Positions 36,981-42,397 of a DNA stretch of 42,397 nucleotides are shown here, in pieces. The stretch comes from Verrucomicrobiota bacterium (GTDB lineage: Bacteria; Verrucomicrobiota; Verrucomicrobiia; Methylacidiphilales; CAMAQI01), in the NCBI GenBank assembly GCA_040388725.1, contig JAZKBH010000206.1:6757-49153 (forward strand), given 5' to 3'. A program made the translations under genes and the position numbers. The notes beneath the pieces are model-generated. The model had not been told where the DNA came from. It made no database searches and saw only the letters and a list, made by a program, of their open reading frames with translations. How positions within the stretch are numbered: the first letter of the stretch is position 1; each line of letters opens with the position of its first letter.

Positions 36981-37378
36981 TTTTCACCACAGAGATAAAA
37001 CCGAGACACAGAGCTTAGGAGATTTCTATTTAAAAGACACAGGCTCTATTGAAATGATCCTATCAAAGTGATTGGAGGGGCAAAACCAATTTCTTAAAAG
37101 CGGAGCCTGAATAGTTTGGCGTGGGGAACGCAACCTCCGCGAGTCCAACGTGTGGGATCATCCCCGAATGATTCGCATTCAGGAAAACCTCATCGATTCT
37201 GGCATATCTCCCCTTCCTGTAGCCACTATCCCTTCGGAGATGCCAACATCCTCTCCCATGAAATGCTCATTCTATCATCACGAGATCGTCTAAAACCTTG
37301 GACTCGCAGCGCTCGTCCCTCCATATAAATCAAAGACTTTCCCATACTCTGTGTCTCGGTTTTTCTCTGTGGTAAAAA
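36981..37378. repeat. 398-bp non-coding element bounded by 32-33-bp family B inverted repeats
   Basis: TTTTCACCACAGAGATAAAACCGAGACACAGAG (36981-37013) versus the reverse complement of 37347-37378, TTTTTACCACAGAGAAAAACCGAGACACAGAG (1 mismatch plus 1 indel). The interior carries a half-copy of the 1328-1392 hairpin arm. Confidence 0.8.
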
Positions 37379-37420
37379 TGTTTTTCGGCTCTTTCTGTTG
37401 AAGTCGACCTGTATGTATCA

Positions 37421-37439
37421 GTCGGGTTTTACCCCATAG
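37421..37439 (+). promoter_or_regulatory. conserved 19-nt element, copy 4
   Basis: GTCGGGTTTTACCCCATAG, 16 nt upstream of ATG 37455 and 34 nt upstream of ATG 37473. Confidence 0.6.
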
Positions 37440-37454
37440 CATGAGTCCAGCTCC

Positions 37455-37904
37455 ATGCATTATCCTCATTCCATGAAGAACCCCACATCCGACCCTGTCA
37501 CAAAGTCTGCTGCCGGTTTATGGATTGATCACCGAAAAGCCGTCATCGTCATCCTCTCCGCGAATGGAGAAAAAACGACCGTCGTTCAATCCCAGGTCGA
37601 AAAGCAACCGGGACGTTATGAGGGAGTTCGTTCCACAACCCCATTTGAATCTCACAATGTTTCAGCCGATGATCGCCATCAAAGAAAGTTTACCAGTGAG
37701 CTCCGGGATTATTACAAAGAGGTCATCGATGTGATTGGCGAATCGCAATCCATTCTCCTCTTGGGTCCCGGCGAGGCCAAAGGCGAACTGAAAAAACGTC
37801 TCGAGCATGACCACCCTGGAAAACAAGTGATCGAGATCGAGACTTCCGATAAAATGACCGATCGGCAGATTGCAGCAAAAGTTCACGACCACTTCCATTT
37901 ATAG
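37455..37904 (+). CDS. small eRF1-domain-like / host-attachment-family-like protein (149 aa)
   Basis: LWIDHRKAVIVILS...DDRHQRKFTSELRDYYKEVIDVIGESQSILLLGPGEAKGELKKRL...ETSDKMTDRQIAAKV. The layout resembles Host_attach/baeRF-type proteins by eye. It is the first gene of the grpE operon. Confidence 0.45.
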   Translation: MHYPHSMKNPTSDPVTKSAAGLWIDHRKAVIVILSANGEKTTVVQSQVEKQPGRYEGVRSTTPFESHNVSADDRHQRKFTSELRDYYKEVIDVIGESQSILLLGPGEAKGELKKRLEHDHPGKQVIEIETSDKMTDRQIAAKVHDHFHL

Positions 37905-37915
37905 AAATTGATTTC

Positions 37916-38428
37916 GTGGACGAGCCCATGAATCCCGATCCTCTTCCTCCTGACATGGATTCCCCCATTCAAAATGAATTGATAGCCCTCAAGGAGAGCT
38001 ACCTTCGACTCGCAGCGGATTTCGATAATTTTAAAAAACGAACCCGCCGAGATTCCGAGCAACGAGCCTCAGAGGAAAAAGAATCCTTCATTCAAGATCT
38101 CCTCCCCGTTCTCGACAATCTCGAGCGTGCATTAGATTCCGGATCATCCGCCTCCTTTGAACAATTACATCAAGGGGTCGCCATGACGTTGCAGCAATTA
38201 TACCATTTGCTTCGTCAGCAGGGGATTCGAGTCGTCGATGATCTCGGTCGCCCTTTTGATCCCCATCGGCATGAAGCTATTTTTGTCCAGAACGACCCCC
38301 TTCACCCCGATCATACCATCCTCAAAGTCACTCAGCGTGGTTACTCTCGCGGAGACAAAGTTTTTCGTCCTTCCCAAGTCATTGTCAACGATCTGAACCA
38401 TTCCTCCCCGACATCCCATGCCTATTGA
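37916..38428 (+). CDS. grpE: nucleotide exchange factor GrpE
   Basis: [39 protein letters not shown] and [19 protein letters not shown] start at 37916, alternative ATG at 37928. Confidence 0.9.
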   Translation: MDEPMNPDPLPPDMDSPIQNELIALKESYLRLAADFDNFKKRTRRDSEQRASEEKESFIQDLLPVLDNLERALDSGSSASFEQLHQGVAMTLQQLYHLLRQQGIRVVDDLGRPFDPHRHEAIFVQNDPLHPDHTILKVTQRGYSRGDKVFRPSQVIVNDLNHSSPTSHAY

Positions 38429-39386
38429 ATTCAAAGATTATTACGATGTTCTCGGACTCAGCCGCAATGCGAGCGACGAGGAGATTAAAAAAGCCTTTCG
38501 CAAACTGGCACGCCAATACCATCCCGACGTGGCTAAAAACAAAGCCACCGCCGAGGAAAAATTCAAGGCGATCAACGAAGCCCATGAAGTTCTGAGTGAT
38601 CCCGAAAAAAGAAAAAAATACGATGCGTTGGGAGAAAATTGGAACCATCCCGAACGACAGGCCTCTTCGTCACACGGTGGATTTAGAGGAAGTTCTGATG
38701 AAGCCTCCGAATTCCATTTTAATGGCACGGGCTTCAGTGATTTTTTTGAGCAATTCTTTGGGAATCACGGTCAACCCTCTGGAGATTTTGGCCGCACGTC
38801 TCACCGCCCAAATGGGGCACCCATCGCTCAGCATGGTCAGGATATCGAAGGGAACATTCTCGTAACTTTAGAAGAAATTCTACACGGTTCGACCCGTACG
38901 ATCCAATTGCAACATACGGATCCCAAGACTCGTCAATCCACACTGCAAACCCTACGCGTCAAGATTCCACCCGGGGTTCGCGAAGGACAACTGATTCGTC
39001 TCTCCGGGAAAGGAGAAGAAGGAATGGGAGGAGGAGATTCGGGCCATCTCTATTTGCGAGTCAAATTCGCACAACACCCCGACTATCGGATTAAAGGCAC
39101 TGATTTATATTACGATTTAGAACTCTCCCCCTGGGAAGCCGTCCTTGGTGCGACGATCCAAATTTCGACTTTAGACGGAATGGTTTCCTTAAAAGTTCCG
39201 TCAGGAACAATTTCAGAACGCCAATTCCGTTTGCGCGGCAAAGGCCTCCCCACAGGAAGCACTTCGAGGGGCGATTTTTATGCCATCACCTCCATTCAAG
39301 TTCCCTCACAAATCACCCCGGAAGAAAAAGTCCTCTGGGAATCGTTAGCTGAAAAATCGAAGTTTAATCCGAGGAAAATCTCATGA
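38418..39386 (+). CDS. cbpA: J-domain co-chaperone, CbpA type (no zinc-finger domain)
   Basis: 322 aa. KDYYDVLGL...YHPD J-domain, G/F-rich linker and two C-terminal beta domains. The protein contains no cysteine, so there is no CxxCxGxG. It overlaps grpE by 11 nt. Confidence 0.88.
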   Translation: MPIEFKDYYDVLGLSRNASDEEIKKAFRKLARQYHPDVAKNKATAEEKFKAINEAHEVLSDPEKRKKYDALGENWNHPERQASSSHGGFRGSSDEASEFHFNGTGFSDFFEQFFGNHGQPSGDFGRTSHRPNGAPIAQHGQDIEGNILVTLEEILHGSTRTIQLQHTDPKTRQSTLQTLRVKIPPGVREGQLIRLSGKGEEGMGGGDSGHLYLRVKFAQHPDYRIKGTDLYYDLELSPWEAVLGATIQISTLDGMVSLKVPSGTISERQFRLRGKGLPTGSTSRGDFYAITSIQVPSQITPEEKVLWESLAEKSKFNPRKIS

Positions 39387-39721
39387 AAAAATTTAGCGAT
39401 CAAAAGTCTTCATCTCCGCTCGGCCTTGAAATATTTCAACCCCAACCCAACACGCTCTATAGTCTCGAAGTCACTGCGCATCTTGCCGGGGTTCCGCGTC
39501 GATCTGTTCTTCTCTACTGTCGCGCGGGCCTTGTCCACCCGCTCTTTCAACCTCCTCATGGAGTGATGGAGTTTACCGAAGAGGCCATTTATACCGTTCG
39601 AAAAATCGAGTATCTGCGGGCCAATCATACCATGGATCTCACCTGGTTCAAAATGATGATCGATTTACGTGACGAACTCGATCACTTACGTGCCGAAATC
39701 CGTTTTTTAAGGAATCGATAA
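39383..39721 (+). CDS. MerR-type HTH protein (CbpM / HspR-like chaperone-operon modulator)
   Basis: 112 aa. ATGA overlap with the J-protein gene. [26 protein letters not shown] (HTH) followed by a C-terminal coiled-coil [17 protein letters not shown]. Confidence 0.75.
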   Translation: MKKFSDQKSSSPLGLEIFQPQPNTLYSLEVTAHLAGVPRRSVLLYCRAGLVHPLFQPPHGVMEFTEEAIYTVRKIEYLRANHTMDLTWFKMMIDLRDELDHLRAEIRFLRNR

Positions 39722-39744
39722 ATCCAATTTTCTATATTAGGAAT

Positions 39745-39895
39745 TTCTCGGGAGCGATCGCGGGTCGCGATCACGCAACCTCGCATGCCCAACGCCCTCT
39801 CAGAAAGCCTATCGATTGTGCAGGATAGAGTGATGATTTTTGAATGCGGTAATGATGATTCTTGGCGTGATCCCGACCCGCGTTCGCTCCCGAGA
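39745..39895. repeat. 151-nt element with 30-bp inverted-repeat arms and a 91-nt interior
   Basis: TTCTCGGGAGCGATCGCGGGTCGCGATCAC (39745-39774) versus the reverse complement of 39866-39895, TTCTCGGGAGCGAACGCGGGTCGGGATCAC. 28 of 30 match. Confidence 0.85.
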
Positions 39896-40001
39896 ATCTC
39901 TTTCACCTCGTGGGTGATTCGCTTTATAGATAGAGACCTAATGCATGAAATTGATTTATTGATAAATATTTATTTTCATCATCAAAAAGAACCTTTCAAT
40001 A

Positions 40002-40020
40002 GTAGGGTTACACCCCATCG
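40002..40020 (+). promoter_or_regulatory. conserved 19-nt element, copy 5
   Basis: GTAGGGTTACACCCCATCG, about 280 nt upstream of the ATPase ATG (40304) and 97 nt upstream of a 58-codon ORF (40117). Confidence 0.55.
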
Positions 40021-40303
40021 CCTCATTGAGTTTTCCAACTATCTTCTCCTCCTGAATCACCCCATTGAAAAAAGCTTACTGAAAATAAAAATTCTCTCCC
40101 CATCCTACAGACTTCCATGACCTCCTTCGACGATCCCAAAACGCTTCCCGTTCAATTAACTTTTCGAGCGGAAACCGATTCCACACGCAAAAATCCCTCT
40201 TTCCAAATCTGGCATGAGCGGGGAAGCCTTTCGTCGTCGCTTCGAAAAAAGGATCTTACCTTTCAAAAAATCCTCTTTTCCCATATAACTTAAAGACCTA
40301 CTT

Positions 40304-42184
40304 ATGGAAAAATCCCTTCCCTTAACAAAATATTCAAATTCTCTTTGGTTTAGAAAAACAACCATCATCGCTTCATTTGCACTCCTCTGCATTCTGATCC
40401 ATTTGCTCCTTCGCTTTGGATTTCAGACTCCTCCTCCGATCGATCATATTCCCCTTTGGATCACGCTCGCCCTGGGAGGATCGCCCCTTCTTTATGACCT
40501 CATCCGAAAACTCTTTAAACGGGAGTTTGGCTCCGATCTTTTAGGCGGGATCTCCATTGTTACTTCCATCGTCCTGGGTGAATACTTAGCCGGTTCCATC
40601 ATAGTCCTGATGCTCTCCGGAGGTGAAGCGTTAGAAAGTTATGCCTTAGCGAGTGCCTCTTCTGTTCTGGCTGCCCTCGCCAAGCGAATGCCCTCCATTG
40701 CCCATCGAAAAAAAGGGACTGAAATCGCCGATATCTCCCTGCAAGAAGTCGCTCTCGGAGATATCCTCGTCCTCTACCCTCATGATATCTGTCCCGTGGA
40801 TGGAGTCGTTAAAGAAGGACATGGATCCATGGACGAATCCTTTTTAACGGGCGAACCCTTTCAAATGACGAAGACCTCCGGTTCCGCTGTCATTTCCGGA
40901 GCGATTAACGGCGAATCCGCTTTAACCATTGAAACCACAAAACTTCCCGCCGACTCGCGTTATTCCAAAATCATGGAGGTCATGCGGGAGTCTGAAAGCA
41001 AACGCCCTCAGCTCCAAAGACTCGGTGATCGATTAGGCGCTTTTTATACGCCCCTCGCCCTCATCGTCGCTCTCAGTGCTTGGGGGATCAGTGGGGAATC
41101 GATCCGCTTTCTCGCCGTTTTAGTCATCGCTACCCCTTGTCCTCTCCTCCTCGCCATCCCCATTGCCATCATCGGATCGATCTCTCTCTGCGCCCGCCGC
41201 GCGATCATCATCAAAAGTCCTGTCGTTCTCGAGCAAATCTCGGGATGCCGAACCGCCATTTTTGATAAAACAGGAACACTCACTTACGGCGAACCGAAGC
41301 TCACCGATCAACTCGTCGCGCCTGACTTTCAACCGCACGAAATCCTCACCCTCGTTGCCAGCCTGGAACGATACTCCAAACACCCCCTTGCACGCGCCAT
41401 TCTGGCGGCAGCCCTTGAAGCCAAGATCACACTTCCCGAAGCCTCGGACGTCGGTGAAAAACCGGGTCAAGGATTGAAGGGAACCGTCTCGGGTCACCTG
41501 ATCCAAATCACGAGTCGAAACAAATTACTCTCTCAAAAGCTTACTCTAGCGAATCAACTCCCCCCGATCGCTGGAGGCCTTGAATGTGTTGTTCTTGTCG
41601 ATGATCGCTACGCCGCCACATTTCGTTTCCGTGATGCACCACGAGCCGAGAGTCGCTCTTTTGTGAGCCATCTCGGTCCTGCACACCAATTTAAAAAGAC
41701 CATGATCATCTCCGGCGATCGACAATCCGAGGTCCAATATCTCGCCGAACAAGTTGGCATTTCTGAAATTCATGCGGAAAAAAGCCCAGAGGAAAAACTC
41801 GCTCTTGTTCGACATGAAACCGAACTCACAAAAACACTCTATGTCGGCGACGGGATCAACGATGCTCCCGCGATGATGGCGGCCACCGTCGGAATCGCCA
41901 TCGGTCAAAACAGTGATGTCACCGCCGAAGCGGCGGGAGTCGTCATCATGGATAACTCCCTCAAAAAAGTCGACGAGTTCATGCACATCAGCCGTCGCAT
42001 GCGGATCATTGCTCTTCAAAGTGCCGTCGGAGGAATGGCCCTCAGCCTGATTGGAATGCTCTTCGCCGCCAGTGGCTTTTTAAGTCCTGTCCAAGGCGCC
42101 ATTATCCAGGAAATCATCGACGTTCTCGCCGTCCTCAACGCTCTCCGAGCCGCTTTCCCTCCAAAAATTATTCACGATCTCTAA
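40304..42184 (+). CDS. P1B-type heavy-metal-translocating P-type ATPase without an N-terminal metal-binding domain
   Basis: 626 aa. TGEP, the TM motif ATPCPL (TPC), FDKTGTLT, and [11 protein letters not shown]. No HMA (CxxC) domain and no C-terminal extension. Confidence 0.9.
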   Translation: MEKSLPLTKYSNSLWFRKTTIIASFALLCILIHLLLRFGFQTPPPIDHIPLWITLALGGSPLLYDLIRKLFKREFGSDLLGGISIVTSIVLGEYLAGSIIVLMLSGGEALESYALASASSVLAALAKRMPSIAHRKKGTEIADISLQEVALGDILVLYPHDICPVDGVVKEGHGSMDESFLTGEPFQMTKTSGSAVISGAINGESALTIETTKLPADSRYSKIMEVMRESESKRPQLQRLGDRLGAFYTPLALIVALSAWGISGESIRFLAVLVIATPCPLLLAIPIAIIGSISLCARRAIIIKSPVVLEQISGCRTAIFDKTGTLTYGEPKLTDQLVAPDFQPHEILTLVASLERYSKHPLARAILAAALEAKITLPEASDVGEKPGQGLKGTVSGHLIQITSRNKLLSQKLTLANQLPPIAGGLECVVLVDDRYAATFRFRDAPRAESRSFVSHLGPAHQFKKTMIISGDRQSEVQYLAEQVGISEIHAEKSPEEKLALVRHETELTKTLYVGDGINDAPAMMAATVGIAIGQNSDVTAEAAGVVIMDNSLKKVDEFMHISRRMRIIALQSAVGGMALSLIGMLFAASGFLSPVQGAIIQEIIDVLAVLNALRAAFPPKIIHDL

Positions 42185-42224
42185 GAAAATTCTGCGAATC
42201 ACATTGGTCTCCTTCATCACTTTC

Positions 42225-42397
42225 CTAAATTTTTTCCTCCATAAATTCTCTGGAAGGATTTTCTCCAAATAATTGGATGTAAGGTTCATAACGAAAAAGT
42301 CTGTTTCGTTTATTCCCTGTAATTTCGAGGATCATCCCCTGCTCCACAAGACGCGAAACGAGCTTGTTCGCTGCGGGATAAGTGGTGCCTGTCAGTT
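42225..42397 (-). CDS. C-terminal fragment of a protein ending in a winged-helix domain (Fic-family-like tail); 5' end lies outside the window
   Basis: Not in the track because it is edge-truncated. My reverse-strand translation gives LTGTTYPAANKLVSRLVEQGMILEITGNKRNRLFRYEPYIQLFGENPSREFMEEKI*, with the stop at 42227-42225. The pattern ..A...L..LV..G.L.E.TG.KRNR.F resembles Fic-protein C-termini. Confidence 0.4.
   Translation of the reverse strand, partial: LTGTTYPAANKLVSRLVEQGMILEITGNKRNRLFRYEPYIQLFGENPSREFMEEKI

Noticed and set aside
37116-37328. 70-aa ORF inside the 398-bp inverted-repeat element.
   Set aside because: It lies wholly within a repeat-bounded non-coding element and includes a repeat half-copy. 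Its Ser/Pro/His-rich sequence has no start context.
25175-40020. Identifying the 19-nt element with a known box (CIRCE, HAIR, sigma-54 -24/-12, sigma-B-like GTTTAA-N12-14-GGGTAT, DosR box).
   Set aside because: The sequences and spacings do not fit. There is no TTAGCACTC or CTTGAGT arm and no GG-N10-GC. The GTTTAA-like words upstream of copies 2 and 3 are only 5-6 nt from GGGTT. The DosR GGG/CCC triplets are 8 nt apart versus 5 here.
39785-40120. 111-aa plus-strand ORF between the MerR-type gene and the ATPase.
   Set aside because: It contains one arm of the 30-bp inverted repeat and element copy 5. It has no ribosome-binding site or recognisable fold, so it is most likely non-coding spacer.
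40117-40293. 58-codon ORF (MTSFDDPKTLPVQLTFRAETDSTRKNPSFQIWHERGSL...) ending 10 nt before the ATPase start.
   Set aside because: The position is suggestive, but it has no SD sequence, no hydrophobic or metal-binding motif, and the length is within chance for this AT-rich spacer. It is mentioned under the ATPase finding and not called as a gene.
1-42397. Search for CRISPR arrays, tRNA/rRNA/tmRNA/RNase P genes, transposases, integrases, and phage or defence-system genes.
   Set aside because: I saw no regularly spaced direct repeats, no tRNA-like T-arm/acceptor patterns, no ORF with recombinase, nuclease or helicase hallmarks, and no reverse transcriptase. The repeats present are inverted, not spacer-separated direct repeats.

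Overview
This 42.4-kb window is densely coding bacterial chromosome. I found no rRNA, tRNA, CRISPR array, transposase or phage genes. The gene content suggests a PVC-superphylum (probably Verrucomicrobiota) genome; this is inference from an autotransporter with PATR-type beta-strand repeats, Gfo/Idh/MocA plus TIM-barrel sugar modules, and an intracellular CAZyme operon.

The window has three blocks:
- **Glycan block (1-18994).** A minus-strand oxidoreductase/TIM-barrel/oxidoreductase operon plus a 759-aa unknown protein faces a plus-strand operon: unknown 355 aa, GH130 phosphorylase, GH30, MFS, GH20-like. A secreted Asp-box (GH74-like) protein with two CBMs and a 972-aa autotransporter follow.
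- **Signalling operon (19117-24903).** It encodes a stand-alone CheB, a CheB-CheR-PAS fusion with eight EELQSTN heptads, a PAS/HisKA_3 kinase, a 79-aa basic ORF coupled at both ends, and a NarL/LuxR response regulator. There is no MCP, CheA or CheW.
- **Stress or dormancy-like island (25175-42184).** It holds a glycine-zipper general-stress protein, DUF3309, ackA, an SBP-less ABC pair, a 3xBON protein, rpiB, a lipoprotein-DUF2950-HPF operon, phosphoketolase, an eRF1-like/grpE/cbpA/MerR operon without dnaK, and a P1B ATPase.

The most interesting signal is non-coding. A 19-nt element, GT(C/A)GGGTT..ACCCCAT.G, occurs five times, always intergenic and co-oriented upstream of the stress units. A fully palindromic variant sits upstream of the signalling operon. 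Together these suggest an undescribed regulon, possibly governed by the in-cis NarL-type or MerR-type regulator.

The intergenic regions also carry several families of long inverted repeats (MITE/REP-like), one pair of which brackets the phosphoketolase gene.

All functional calls come from reading motifs by eye. No database search was possible.
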